Origin: an uncultured Acidobacteriaceae bacterium
Lineage (GTDB): Bacteria > Acidobacteriota > Terriglobia > Terriglobales > Acidobacteriaceae
Reading direction: 5' to 3'
Length of the DNA stretch: 64,000 nt
NCBI GenBank assembly: GCA_963767605.1
Contig: CAVYEP010000014.1
Coordinates: 106,696 to 170,695 of the forward strand
Below are positions 1 to 11,310 of the stretch, piece by piece. The position numbers were made by a program, and so were the translations under genes. How positions within the stretch are numbered: the stretch's first letter is position 1; the number at the start of each line of letters is the position of its first letter. Below the pieces are notes generated by a model. It made no database searches, was not told the origin of the DNA, and worked only from the letters and a program-made list of their open reading frames with translations.

Positions 1-1622
1 GGCGGGACGCCTTCAATTACTATCCCAGCAACAACCCATTCGCGGATCTTGGTCCCTCCAATTTGCAGCAGGAGACCATCTCACAATATCGGACGCTGGC
101 CAACACCGGCCTCCGCTCCGAGGTGTCCTATGTGAAGGGCATCAACAACATTAAGTTGGGGGCAACGTATCAACAAACGTTTCTTACCGAGAATTTCAAT
201 CTCGGTATCGTCGATCCGACCGTCAACGCGCCGTGTCTGGATGCCAACCTCGTTCCGGTGTTTGTGGGCAACCCTGGGCTCAACGATACGAGCCAGTGTA
301 CGCCATTGGCGACGACGACCAATCAAGCTCTTTATCCGACACCGTTTACTCCCAATCCCAGCTTCATTTCATTGCTGGGGTGCTACGACCTAACTAGGCC
401 GACTCCGTCGTCCAACGATGGATGTGCCGGTTCGAGCAGCACCTTGTATCCTTTTCGCGGCCACACGGACGTGAAAGAACTTGCCCTTTACCTGCAGGAT
501 TCGATCTCCGTGGGAAACTGGTCTGTCAACCTGGGAATTCGCGGCGATTTGTACAACGGCTTGGTCATTGCGCGTCAAGCGGAGCCACGTCTCGGAGTCG
601 CCTACAACATTAAGCGGACCAATACGGTGCTGCGCGCTTCCTATGCTCGAACGCTGGAGAGTCCGTTCAATGAGAATCTTGTCCTGGCCAGCGAAGGATG
701 CAATTTCCCTGTTATTGTGGACCTTATCCCTTGCAGGCCAGCGCCCAATACGCCGGGATATCGCAATGAGTTTCACGCTGGCCTGCAGCAAGCATTCGGG
801 AGATATGCTGTCATAAGTGGGGATTACATTTGGAAGTACACGCATACCGGGTACGATTTCAGCACGCTGGCTGCCACGCCAATCTTCTTTCCGATTGGAT
901 GGCACAATTCCAAGATACCGGGTTACGCAATTCGCGTGAGCGTGCCGGACTTTCATGGATTCACGGCGCTGGTAGTGATGTCGAGCGTGGCCGCCCGCTT
1001 CTTCCCACCCCAAACCAGCGGTCTGGGGGTTACGGTCGGGCAGAGTGGACTCCCCTTCCGCATCGACCACGACGAAAAATTTAACCAAACGACGCACCTG
1101 CAATATCAGCCCTGGAAAACCGGACCATGGGTGGGCTTCAACTGGCGGTTTGATAGCGGATTGGTGGCTGGCGCGGCACCCTGCTACGGTGGCAATTGCG
1201 CGCAGACGACAAAACTAGGCGGGCAACCGGCCATCAACATGACGGATGCGTTCGGAACCCCGCTAACCGCAGACCAGGAGTTCCAGGCTGGGCTCTTCTG
1301 CGGATCTCAGCATGCCACCCCAACTGTGGCTCTGCCGTTCCAATGCTTGGCATCGCAGTTTGGATCGACTTTTATAAGCGTACCGGCGCCGAACACGGAG
1401 AACGACGACCACAATCCGCCCCGCATCGCGCCGCGTAACCTGTTTGATGTGGCAATTGGCGACGACAACCTGTTTAAAGGCGACCACTACAAATGGAGTC
1501 TTACAGTCACCGCCATCAACATAGCCAACAAAACGGCGCTGTATAACTTCCTTTCAACCTTCAGCGGGACGCACTATGTGACGCCGCGCACCCTGACGGC
1601 TCAAATCGGATTTCACTTCTAA
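1..1622 (+). CDS. TonB-dependent-receptor-like outer-membrane beta-barrel, C-terminal part (5' end outside window)
   Basis: Frame 3 is open from nt 3; the listed ORF 63..1622 starts at an internal TTG. Alternating beta-strand pattern. Terminal ...TPRTLTAQIGFHF has the C-terminal Phe typical of OM barrels. Confidence 0.7.
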   Translation, partial: RDAFNYYPSNNPFADLGPSNLQQETISQYRTLANTGLRSEVSYVKGINNIKLGATYQQTFLTENFNLGIVDPTVNAPCLDANLVPVFVGNPGLNDTSQCTPLATTTNQALYPTPFTPNPSFISLLGCYDLTRPTPSSNDGCAGSSSTLYPFRGHTDVKELALYLQDSISVGNWSVNLGIRGDLYNGLVIARQAEPRLGVAYNIKRTNTVLRASYARTLESPFNENLVLASEGCNFPVIVDLIPCRPAPNTPGYRNEFHAGLQQAFGRYAVISGDYIWKYTHTGYDFSTLAATPIFFPIGWHNSKIPGYAIRVSVPDFHGFTALVVMSSVAARFFPPQTSGLGVTVGQSGLPFRIDHDEKFNQTTHLQYQPWKTGPWVGFNWRFDSGLVAGAAPCYGGNCAQTTKLGGQPAINMTDAFGTPLTADQEFQAGLFCGSQHATPTVALPFQCLASQFGSTFISVPAPNTENDDHNPPRIAPRNLFDVAIGDDNLFKGDHYKWSLTVTAINIANKTALYNFLSTFSGTHYVTPRTLTAQIGFHF

Positions 1623-1726
1623 CAGATGTCCTTGCCCGGTGAGGGTGGTACGGTCGAACCCGTGCCCCCCTCACTCTTACCTCTGGTCGCGGCAGCGACC
1701 GGGGGGCAAGAACTCGCGTCGATGGT

Positions 1727-2314
1727 TCACTTCCTGCCTACAAATTCGGTGACTCCCCGATCACGTACCGGCCGTTCCTGGTGATATAGAACGTGGAGGT
1801 CTGGAACCAGAGATGGCAGTTCATCTCTGCCCAACGGACCGGTGCCAACAGTCGTTGACCGACGATCTGAGTCCCAACGCAAGCTCATTTTAGAGATGAG
1901 CAGACCGCCCGGTTTCAATGCGGAAACTATTTTTGGGAAAAGATTGCGGTCCAGATGATAGAACAACACGATCAGGTCAAACCGCTCAGGTTCAAATTCG
2001 TACTCGGAGGCGTCTGCTACAAGAAGTTCGAGTTTGGCATTGCGCTCCAGCGCAGCCTGAGCCAGGTTTCCAATTGCCACATCGGAAAGGTCGACGACAG
2101 TGACCTGCCAGCGCCTGCTAGCCAGCCATAGGGCGTGTCTTCCGAGTCCACCCGCTACATCGAGTGCCACACCTGCTTTCGGGAACGATGCAATCACAAA
2201 CTTTTCGTAAGCTGCGATAAAGAACGGATCCGGTTCGGTCAGCGAAGGCAGGCCTTGCTCGTATTTCAGGTCCCAACGCGCCCTTTGATCTTCGCTGTTC
2301 ATGCTGATGCCCAC
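1727..2314 (-). CDS. class I SAM-dependent methyltransferase
   Basis: 195-aa ORF with motif I VALDVAGGLGRHALWLA, then VTVVDLSD and DLIVLFY. ATG at 2302 is an alternative to the GTG at 2314. Confidence 0.8.
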   Translation of the reverse strand: MGISMNSEDQRARWDLKYEQGLPSLTEPDPFFIAAYEKFVIASFPKAGVALDVAGGLGRHALWLASRRWQVTVVDLSDVAIGNLAQAALERNAKLELLVADASEYEFEPERFDLIVLFYHLDRNLFPKIVSALKPGGLLISKMSLRWDSDRRSTTVGTGPLGRDELPSLVPDLHVLYHQERPVRDRGVTEFVGRK

Positions 2315-2333
2315 ATCTAACGGGGGCGCGTCT

Positions 2334-5182
2334 CTACTGCAGCTTCGCGTATTCGGCTTTGGCTTCGTGCAGCAGCGGGAGGTCGGGGTCGGCGTCTTTC
2401 CAGGCGGCGAGGAAATTCTGATACGCGATGCGGGCCTTGGGGATGTCGCCCTGCTTCTGGTACAGCCGGCCCAGTTCCAGTTGCGCGGCCACCACTAAGG
2501 TGTCGGGGCCATGCGGTTTTCATATCGAGGATCTTCTGGAGATCCTGCTGCGCTTCGGAGAAGCGTCCGGCCTGCAAGTAGGCCATGCCCCGGACGAAGA
2601 GAACGCCGGTGCTGGCGCGGGCGTAGAGGGCGGCGGTGTTTTCGAGGTCAATGGCCTTGGCGGGGTCGGCTTTGGCGGGATTGGCGGGGAATAGATACGC
2701 GATGGCGCGAATGTTGGGAACGGCAACGTTTTGCGCGATCGTGTCGTTCGGGCGGGTGCGCTGGATTTCGTCGGCGATACTGAGCGCTTTCTGTCCCTGG
2801 CCGATGAGCGCAAAGGCCACGGCGGCATTCCATTGCACGTCTAAAGTTTTGGAGGATCCGAGAGCCGCATTGGCTTCGCTGGCAGCTTCGGCTTTTGTTT
2901 CCAACAAAAGCCTCGAAGCCGGCCAACTCGGATTCCACTTTGGCTCGGCCTTGCAGGTGCACGCGATCGAAGGCATCTCCAGCTCTGCGTGCGAATTCGC
3001 GGGCTTGGCGAACCTGGCCGCGCGTCAGCGCCAGTCCGCCGCGGAACCCGATAACGGCCAACTCTCCATCGGGCGTCCCGGAGGCGCTTGCAGTTCCTTC
3101 TCCATGTCGGCGTCTTTGCCTTCGGCCCAGTCCAGCGAGGCCAGCTCCACATGGAAGCCCGCAGGCGATGCCTTGTGCTGGAGTGCGGCGTTGAGGCTGG
3201 CGCGCGCTTCCTCGATCCGGTTCAGTCCGGCGTACGCTCGAGCGGCATTCTCATAGCCGCTGACCATGTCGGGATCGAGCTCGACGGCGCGCTTCGCGTT
3301 CTCCAGCGCGTTGTCGAATTGTCCGAGCTGGTTATAGATCGCCGCCAGATTGTTGAAGGGGATGGGATCCCGCGGGTAGGTCTGGCGATAGAGTTCGTAG
3401 GCGGTAATGCCTTTGTCGAGTTGGCCGCTGTCGGCGTAGTAGTGCGACATGATGTAGAGCTTCTCGCGCTCGCTGGCACGGTCGCGAAGCTCAAAGGCCT
3501 TCTGGCGGTTTTGCTCCGACAGTTCGGTCTGCCCCAGGTTGCTGTAGACCGTGCCGAGGCGGGCATAGGCCATGGCGAAATTGGGATCGATGCTCGATGG
3601 CGTGCTGGTAGTCGGGAACCGCCGCCAGTTCGTCGCCCATGTTGTGCTTGGCGTCGCCCAGGCTCAACGCCTTCAGCGCGTCGAGCGATGAAGTGGTGGC
3701 CTGGGAAAGGGACATGTCGTATTTCTGCACCATGGCGAGCGACTCGCCGAGTTGCCCGCGCAGCTTGCTGGCGGCGCCGTGCAGCGCATTCAGCACATCT
3801 TCTTTGCGTTCGGCCTGCGCCTGCTGGCGTCCGAGCGAATCGCCGGAAGAAACATTGGTCGCTTCCAGAGTGATGACGTACTGGCCGCCGACGCTATCGA
3901 TGCTGCCGTTCAGCATGGCCTTGATGCCATCGCGCTGGCAGATTTCGCGGCCGACGTCGCTGGTGATGCGGTCGCCGGGGCTGCGGCCCATGAACTGCAA
4001 TGTCTGGCGGATTTTCTGTTCGGGGAAAACGTTCAGATACGGGGATTGGCCCAGATCGACGGCCAGCGCTTTCTTGAGCGTGCCATCGAAGACGGGGTCG
4101 GCCGTGGTGTTTACGAAATCGGCAATCAGGATCGAATCTTTTTCGGTAAGCGCGTGGCCGCGCTTGAGAAACACAAAGCCGATGCCGGCGGCGACCAGGG
4201 CGACGATCAGAGACGGAATCAGCCAGCCCGGCAGCTTGCGGCTTAGCGCGGGAGTTCTGCGCAGCGACGAACCGGACGAAGGCGCGGCCAGCATCGTGCC
4301 CGATTCGGAGTCGCGTTTGAGCCGCTTCAAGTCGGAGCGCACGTCGGCGGCGCTCTGGTAGCGCAGGTCGCGGTCCTTTTCGAGCAGCTTGTTCAGGATC
4401 ACTTCAAACTGCGGAGGCAAGTCGGGGTTCAGGCGAAGCGGCGGCGCCGGAGGGCGATTCAGAATGGCGTCGAAAATAACGGCGGACGTGTCTCCGCGGA
4501 AAGGCAGCGCACCGGTGGCCATCTCATAGAGCACGGCGCCAAACGAGAACAGGTCCGTGCGGGCATCGAGATCCTTGCCGCGCGCCTGCTCCGGAGACAT
4601 GTAGGCCACGGTGCCGACGGTCGATCCCGGGCTGGTCAGGAAGGGTTCGTCCACGGTCGCCGCGGAGCCGATGGTGGCGGCGGACAGAACGGAAGGCTTG
4701 GCGGTGCGCTTGGCCAATCCGAAATCGAGAATCTTGGCCTGGTTGCGGCTGGTCACGAAAATGTTGGCCGGCTTGATGTCGCGGTGGATGATTCCCTTGG
4801 CATGGGCGGCGTCGAGAGCGTCGGCGATCTGCGTGCCGAGATTGAGCAATTGCTCCAGTTCCATGGGCTGACCGTGGATTCGGTTCTTGAGGGTTTCGCC
4901 TTCCAGCAACTCCATGGCGATGAAGTGGCGCCCGCTGTCTTCGCCAACCTCGTAGATGGTGCAGATATTCGGGTGGTTCAGGGCGGAGGCGGCACGAGCT
5001 TCGCGCTGAAAACGGTCGAGCGCGAGCGGATCTTTTTCCGTCTCGGGAGGCAGGAATTTGAGCGCGACATGGCGGCCCAGGTTGAGGTCCTCGGCTTCGT
5101 AGACCACGCCCATCCCGCCGCCACCCAACTGCGAGAGGACGCGGTAGTGCGAGAAGGTCTGGCCGATCATTCCGGGAAACAC
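2334..5182 (-). pseudogene. Ser/Thr protein kinase with TM segment and C-terminal TPR repeats, reading frame broken 4 times
   Basis: ORFs 3491..5182, 3025..3573, 2648..3061 and 2317..2976, plus a last frame ending at TAG 2334..2336, join into one protein. Kinase motifs: [43 protein letters not shown] units follow, ending ...HEAKAEYAKLQ. Frame changes near 3587, 3085, 2905 and in the T4 run 2517..2520. Confidence 0.85.
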
Positions 5183-5541
5183 TCCTGGGAGAGAGAGTTA
5201 TTCATGTTAGGCCCGCAGCTTCTGGCAAGTCAAACATCTGAGCTCGTATGGTTATACGATGCAGCGGGTGGGGAAGTTCAGGGTCGCCGTGGCGGTGCTT
5301 GACCCTGTATTTTCTTTGGCTTAAGGTCTGTTTCTCCGCGCTCGGACGGGTGAAGCAGTAACCACAAGGTCACCTTCTTCCCGTTACGGAAGTTTGCTCT
5401 CCGAATGCCCGAATGCTTTCCTGCCTGTCCGGTGCCTGCTATCAATAAGTGTTCCCTCATTTTCCCCTGGGAACTGTAGTCCCCGCTTCCCCGGGGAGGA
5501 GTTATTCAGAAGTGAAACTTCGCCCGCAATCGTGGAGGGAA

Positions 5542-8294
5542 ATGAGCGCGGCGCCTCGTTTCTTTGTCGCCGTGGTCGTGCTCTGTGGGACGACCGTGCT
5601 GACCTATGCGGTCTTGCACGGCAGGAGTGAGAATCCGCTCAAATTTCTCTGTTATCTGGTGATTGCGCTGGCGGCCTCGCGGCTCAAGGTGAATCTGCCC
5701 GGCATTAGCCGGGACGATGTCGGTGAATTTTCTGTTCCTGCTGCTGGGCGTGCTGGAACTGAGCTTGTCGGAAGCCATGGCGCTGGGCTGCGCCGCGGTC
5801 GTGGTGCAGTGCATGGGCGATCGTCCGATCCCGATTCAGGTCGCCTTCAACGTCTGCTCGACCGCCCTGGCCATCGCGGTCACGTTCGTCGTTTATCACT
5901 ATTCCTTGCGGCTTTATCCGATGGGGAATCCCACTACCTTGTTGTTTCTGGCGACGTGCGTTTACTTCGTGGCCAACACGCTTCCGGTGGCCTCCGTCAT
6001 CTCGCTGACCGAGCGCCGGTCGCTGCGAAAGATCTGGTCGGACTGCTACTTCTGGAGCTTCCCCTACTACCTGGTGGGCGCGGGCGTGGCCGGCATGATG
6101 AGCTGGCTGCACGGATTCACCGACTGGCAGACGTCGTTGCTGACGCTTCCGGTCGTGTACCTCATCTACCGCTCCTACCGCCTTTACCTTGGCAAACTGG
6201 AAGACGAGAAGCGGCACGTGGAAGAGATGGCCGACTTGCACATGCGCACGATCGAGGCGCTGGCGCTGGCCATCGAGGCCAAGGATCAGACCACCCACGA
6301 CCACTTGCAGAGAGTTCGCGTTTACGCCGTCGAGGTGGCGAAGGAACTCAAGGTTGACCGGGAGGGAATGGAGGCCTTGCAGGCCGCAGCCTTGCTGCAT
6401 GACATCGGCAAGCTGGCGATTCCCGAGCACATCATCTCGAAACCGGGCCGCCTGACGCCGGAAGAATTCGAAAAAATGAAGATCCATCCGCTGGTGGGAG
6501 CGGAAATTCTGGAACGGGTGCGCTTTCCCTACCCGGTCGTGCCCATCGTGCGGGCGCATCACGAAAAGTTCGACGGGACAGGCTATCCGCTGGGCTTGCG
6601 CGGGAACCAGATTCCGATTGGCGCCCGCATTCTGGCGGCGGTGGATTTTCTGGACGCGCTGGCTTCGGACCGGCAATATCGGCGCGCGCTGCCCCTGCAT
6701 GAAGCCATGGCGCGGCTGTCGGAGGAATCGGGGAAAGCGTTCGATCCGCAAGTGGTCAGCGTGCTCGAACGAAGATACGTGGAACTGGAGCAGCTTGGTC
6801 CACGAGCGCACGGACAGCTTGAGCAAGCAGAAATCGTCCGACGGAAGTCAAAGACAAAGAGGCGGGAGCGGAGCCGGGAAGTCAAGCCGGCAGCCGGTTT
6901 CGAGGCGCAAGGACAGCGGCAAACGTCGGAGCGCAGCTTTCTGGGTTCGATCGCAGCGGCCCGCCAGGAAGCGCAGACTCTTTTCGAACTCAGTCAGGAT
7001 CTGGGAGCTTCGCTCAGTCTGGGAGAAACGCTCTCGGTATTTGCCGTGAAGCTGCGCCACGCGATGTCCTACGATGCGATTGCGATCTACGTGCGCCACG
7101 GCGATGAACTGGTGCCGGAATATGTGAACGGCGACAACTTCCGGCTGTTTGCTTCGCTGCGGATTCCCATCGGACAGGGGCTGTCGGGGTGGGTGGCGCA
7201 AAACCTGAAGCCGATTCTGAATGGCAATCCTTCCGTCGAACCCGGTTATCTGAACGATACTTCGAAGTACAGCACGCTGAATTCGGCGCTGGCCGTTCCG
7301 CTGGAGGGCTTGCAGGGCGTGGTCGGCGTGGTCGCGCTGTACCACGCGGAAAAGGATTTCTTTACCTCCGACCACCTGCGCATTCTGCTGGCGGTAAGTT
7401 CCAAGATGGCGCTCGCCATCGAGAACGCGATGAAGTACGAGCAGGCGGAGAATTCGGCGGTTACCGATTACCTCACCGGGCTTCCCAATGCGCGCTCGCT
7501 CTTCCTGCAACTCGACCGCGAACTGGCGCGCTGCAAACGCGACAACAAAACGCTGACCGTGATGGTCGCCGACATGGACGGCTTCAAGCAGATCAACGAC
7601 CGCTTCGGACACCTGGAAGGCAACCGCGTGCTGCGGCTGTTTGCGCACTCCCTGAAGGAAACCAGCCGCGAGTACGATTACGTCGCGCGCATGGGCGGCG
7701 ACGAATTCGTGGTCATCGCTCCTGGACTGACGCCCGAAGCCGCCGCGCGCAAAGCGGAACAGATGCGGGAACTGGCCCAACAGGCGGGCAAGGAAGTCTG
7801 CAACGAGGACATTCTATCGCTCAGCGTCGGCAAGTCCGTCTATCCCGAGGATGGGATGGATGCCGAAAAGATTCTCTCCGAAGCCGACAAGCGCATGTAT
7901 CTGCAAAAGCAGAGTCAGGCGACGCAGAAGAACCGCCGTCTGTATCCGCGGGTGCGCGGCCGGCTCACCACCGAAATTTCCGGAAACGGCCAGGAAGTGG
8001 CGATGCTGGGCATCGTCACCAACCTGAGCCTGGGCGGCTGCTATGTGGAAACCAGCGGCCTGCTGCTGCCCGGATCGCAATTGAAACTCACCTTCTCGCA
8101 CGAACATACCAACGTTTCCATTGCGAAGCGAGGTCGTGCGTATGGACATGGGCATTGGAGCGGCGCTCAAGTTTAGAGAAACGACGCACGAGGTGCGCGC
8201 CGCCTTGCAGCGCATCCTGGAGCAGTTGGCCAGCGCGGAAGCGGTGGTGGATCTGAAGCGCAGCCACAGCGCCGCTGCCGCAAGCAAACAATAA
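5542..8294 (+). pseudogene. membrane-anchored HD-GYP / GAF / GGDEF / PilZ multidomain c-di-GMP protein, frame broken twice
   Basis: ATG 5542 preceded by GGAGGG 5534..5539. Multi-TM N-terminus, then HHEKFDGTGYP (HD-GYP), a GAF-like block, RMGGDEF, and PilZ motifs RRLYPR...NLSLGG. Frame changes at ~5708 (removing 1 nt restores LPGITGTMSVNF) and ~8118. The last segment ends at TAA 8292..8294. Confidence 0.85.
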
Positions 8295-8308
8295 GAGACG
8301 ATCACGCA

Positions 8309-9427
8309 TCAGGCCGGAACATCGATCGGCCGAATCTGGATCAGCGGTGCGCTATTCGCCGATGCGCTGCGCGGCTTCGACAGCCCTTGCCGCAGCATGT
8401 TCGCCGTCGGCACGCCCGTTCGGTAAAACGACTTCTCGCAATCCGCGGTGGATGGTCCCCGCATACTTCCTTCCATATAGGCCAAGCCCGGGCAACGCGA
8501 GCAACTGGCGACATGCGAGCACGACGAGCAGACGGTCAGGTCTTTGGCCTGGATCGAGCGAACCTCTTTCATTTGCGGGGAAAGATTCCAGATATCCAAA
8601 AACTTCTGCTGGCGGATATTTCCCGTGGGGAGCGGGAACTGCACGCAGGGAAAGACATCGCCGTAGGGCGAAATGTAGCAGAAAGAATGGCCCGCGCTGC
8701 ACGAGTAACCCTCGAGGTCCTCCTTCGAGGGCGGCTTGGGAGGAGCGCAGAATTCTTCCTGGCTGCCGACCAGCGCGGGATTGTGGAAAATGTCCGGAAG
8801 CTCTTCTCCTGGGATGCGCAGCGACAGAACCGACATGTCGCCATCCATCATGGGCGTGATCGTGGGATCGAGCGTGTAATGCACGCCGAGTTCGGCGGCC
8901 AGCTTTTGCACTCCGGCATGATCGGCAGAATTCACGGTCATCAGCACGTTGGCGATGGTGACTCGCAGCCCCTGTTCGCGCAAGAAGCGAATGGACTTGA
9001 TGGTCCGCTCGAACGAGTGCGGCAGCTTGGTGATGGCATCGTGAACTTCGGGTCGATGCGAGTAGACGCTGATCTGGATGGTGTCCACGTCCAGTTCGCG
9101 AATTCTCTTCGCTTCCCTTTCGTGGATCATGACCGCGTTGGTCTTGATCTTGACGTTGAACATGAGACGCCGCGCGTGCTCGACAAGTTCAAAGAAGTCG
9201 CGGCGCATAAAGACCTCGCCGCCGCTGAAGGTGAGAAAGAAAACGCCCGCCTCGGCCAGTTGATCGAGGACGTCCTTGATTTCGGCGGTCGTCATCTCGC
9301 CGTGGTCGTCGTGGTCGAGATAACAATGCACGCAGCGCTCGTTGCAGCGATACGTGACGTCCATGTGCACGGCGAGGGGCACGCCCAGATCAAAGGCCTT
9401 CTGGCCCACCTCACTCATCAGGCTCAT
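8309..9427 (-). CDS. radical SAM enzyme with C-terminal SPASM-like Cys-rich domain (peptide-maturase type)
   Basis: Intact 372-aa ORF. CNERCVHC (CxxxCxxC) near the N-terminus. C-terminal CSAGHSFCYISPYGDVFPC...CSSCSHVASCSRCPG. Its start overlaps the upstream PqqD-like stop by 4 nt. Confidence 0.85.
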   Translation of the reverse strand: MSLMSEVGQKAFDLGVPLAVHMDVTYRCNERCVHCYLDHDDHGEMTTAEIKDVLDQLAEAGVFFLTFSGGEVFMRRDFFELVEHARRLMFNVKIKTNAVMIHEREAKRIRELDVDTIQISVYSHRPEVHDAITKLPHSFERTIKSIRFLREQGLRVTIANVLMTVNSADHAGVQKLAAELGVHYTLDPTITPMMDGDMSVLSLRIPGEELPDIFHNPALVGSQEEFCAPPKPPSKEDLEGYSCSAGHSFCYISPYGDVFPCVQFPLPTGNIRQQKFLDIWNLSPQMKEVRSIQAKDLTVCSSCSHVASCSRCPGLAYMEGSMRGPSTADCEKSFYRTGVPTANMLRQGLSKPRSASANSAPLIQIRPIDVPA

Positions 9428-9732
9428 CGGGGCTTCTCCGAGGCCAGCGGTTGATTGGAAACGAGAAGAATTCCGTGGCCGGAGAGTTCGGCGACAAATT
9501 GCTCGGCATCGGCCTGGGCCTGTTCGGGATCGACGTCAAATTGCTCGCAGACGCGGTCGCGGACAATTTCCCGCAGAGGAGTGCGGCCGTCGGCCGCTTG
9601 AAAGATGGCGGTGGCGACCTCGTTCAGCGTGAAGAAGGTCGAATCGGCCGAGTTCATGACCATCATTTCGCCGGCCAGCGCGCGGGCGGCAATGGCAGAA
9701 CTGCGCGCAATGTAGATGCAATTCTCAGACAT
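9424..9732 (-). CDS. PqqD-family protein (RiPP recognition element-like)
   Basis: About 100 aa from ATG 9732 (the ORF track extends to a GTG at 9771). ...STFFTLNEVATAIFQAADGRTPLREIVDRV...FVAELSGHGILL resembles PqqD/RRE proteins. Translationally coupled to the rSAM gene. Confidence 0.75.
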   Translation of the reverse strand: MSENCIYIARSSAIAARALAGEMMVMNSADSTFFTLNEVATAIFQAADGRTPLREIVRDRVCEQFDVDPEQAQADAEQFVAELSGHGILLVSNQPLASEKPR

Positions 9733-10608
9733 GCTCGAGGCACCCCGTGGAAGTTCCGGATTTCGTCCCACACCCTGCCATCAGGATAGAACGTCAGGCG
9801 GCGAATGGGAACCCTGGCGACGAAATCGCAAGCGGTGGCGAAGAGCTTTTCCACCAGGCCCTGGTCTTCGGCAAAGAAGAGAATATTGCGCATCAGCCGG
9901 CGGACCGCATCCGCGGAGGGCAATTCATCGACCCGGTTCTCCGGGCCCTGCTCCAAGAAAAACAGAGCCGCGACCGGGGCGGCGCAGTTCTCACCGGCCT
10001 TGGCCAGTTCTCCGGCGAAAGGAGTGCCGAACGCATGGTAGCCGTGGCCGCTCTGAGGGTCGTTGCTCGGACGGGCGTTGCTCGGGCGTACGTCGTTCGG
10101 GCGGGCGTCGTTCGGACGTACGTAGGAAATTTCGTCGGTCAGCAGGGTGATGTCGGCGGGCGCCAGACGCGTCATCGTGGTTTTGCCCGCGCCCGAAACG
10201 CCCGAAAACAGATACGCCCGGCCATCACAAATCGCGCTGGCGGCGTGCAGCAGGAATCCTCCGCGCTCGGCAAGAATCAGGCTGTGCACAATGCGCAGCA
10301 CCGAATCGAGGGAATACGGGTTGGCATTTTGCCGCACGCTGCCCCGTCCAGTGCGAGGGTCCCAGCGGGCGTGGAAGTCTCCGCGCTCGCAGGAGCCACT
10401 CGTCGCCTTCGCGACGGACCCGAACGTCGTCGTCGGAAGCCAGTCCCGTGCTGGTGAGATCAAACTCCAGCTCAAACTCGGGATGCGAAGAACTCAGGAA
10501 CCCGTCATAGCGCTGGCGCAGCAGATCGAGGAAGCCTTCGTCGCAGGTGGACAAGGCAATCGGAATTCCTCCGATCTCGACACACGCGACTTTTCGGGGC
10601 GCGGCCAT
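9663..10608 (-). pseudogene. HprK-related (HPr kinase-like) P-loop kinase, frame broken once, 3' end uncertain
   Basis: N-terminal part is in ORF 10225..10611, the rest in ORF 9663..10475, joined near 10390 (...EGDEWLL/ERGDFHARWD...). P-loop FSGVSGAGKTT. GGGAG lies 8 nt upstream of ATG 10608. The listed stop overlaps the PqqD-like gene by ~70 nt. Confidence 0.7.
10058..10121. repeat. 4 x 15-bp imperfect tandem repeat inside the HprK-like gene
   Basis: ggtcgttgctcggac / gggcgttgctcgggc / gtacgtcgttcgggc / gggcgtcgttcggac. On the coding strand this reads RPNDA RPNDV RPSNA RPSND. Confidence 0.9.
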
Positions 10609-10767
10609 CACAAGACTCCCGGCTCGGCGGAACCCAAATCCGCGGCGGACTCAGGGTTTCGAAATTCGTGCGCCGATGTTTCTGGCGGCCATGAAGCTTC
10701 AGAGCAAGGCGGCGTGCAAGGCCGCAATGACAGAGCAGCATCCCTACCGCGCGAGACCACTTCACGC

Positions 10768-11310
10768 TCAGCGTCCGCCGGCCACCAGCTTTCCCAGGAG
10801 TGCTTCGGGAGGATACGGAGGGTCGGCGCCAGGCATGGAATCGCCGCGAAGCAGGAAGCCGTCCGGCGCACAAGGAGCCACCAGGCGATGCAGAAAAAGC
10901 CGGCCGTCACGCCGCGCCAGCACGATCTCGCCGGGCCGGACATCTTCCAGCGGGCAGCCTTCGATCTCGACCACATCGCCCGGCCAAAGAGTGGGCAGCA
11001 TGCTTTCCCCGTGAACGCGCAGACGCAGACTACCACGTCCACGCAAAGCGTCCGCCACCAATGCTGAACCTTCCGCACTCCAGCGCAGGCGTGTCGTGCT
11101 TGGGGTGTCTTCCAGCATCAGGAAGTTTTTCTTGAGGAACGCGATGACATGTGCGTTGAGTGGCGGCGATTTTGCCGCAAGATAGGGCCTGGGTCTCGAA
11201 AACCCGCTCATAGCGGAATGCCGGCTTCTGGTAGAGCTTCTTTCCCTTACCCGCATTGCCCGTTGGTTGCGTTCTCGCGAGGGGCCCGATTGTCCGTCAT
11301 AGTTGGTCAA
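10768..11310 (-). CDS. S24/S26-family (LexA / signal-peptidase fold) serine peptidase
   Basis: Core ...LRVHGESMLPTLWPGDVVEIE...IVLARRDGRLFLHRLV...LLRGDSM... The first ~64 codons are Arg/Ser-rich and may be non-coding; alternative ATG at 11118. Confidence 0.65.
   Translation of the reverse strand: MTNYDGQSGPSRERNQRAMRVRERSSTRSRHSAMSGFSRPRPYLAAKSPPLNAHVIAFLKKNFLMLEDTPSTTRLRWSAEGSALVADALRGRGSLRLRVHGESMLPTLWPGDVVEIEGCPLEDVRPGEIVLARRDGRLFLHRLVAPCAPDGFLLRGDSMPGADPPYPPEALLGKLVAGGR

Noticed and set aside
390-1103. Long antisense or off-frame ORFs inside real genes. Examples: 390..1103-, 5705..6826-, 6848..7780-, 14584..15711+, 15560..16762+, 21260..22684+, 27727..28938-, 29775..30629-, 32584..33510-, 46923..48038+.
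   Set aside because: They are shadow ORFs typical of high-GC DNA. Their sequences are Arg/Gly/Pro/Ala-rich with no motifs, and each fully overlaps a gene with clear family signatures on the other strand or frame.
10505-10873. 122-aa ORF containing MLLCHCGLARR..., considered as a Cys-containing precursor candidate between peptidase and kinase.
   Set aside because: It runs about 100 nt into the HprK-like gene in another frame, is Arg-rich and shadow-like, and has no RBS.
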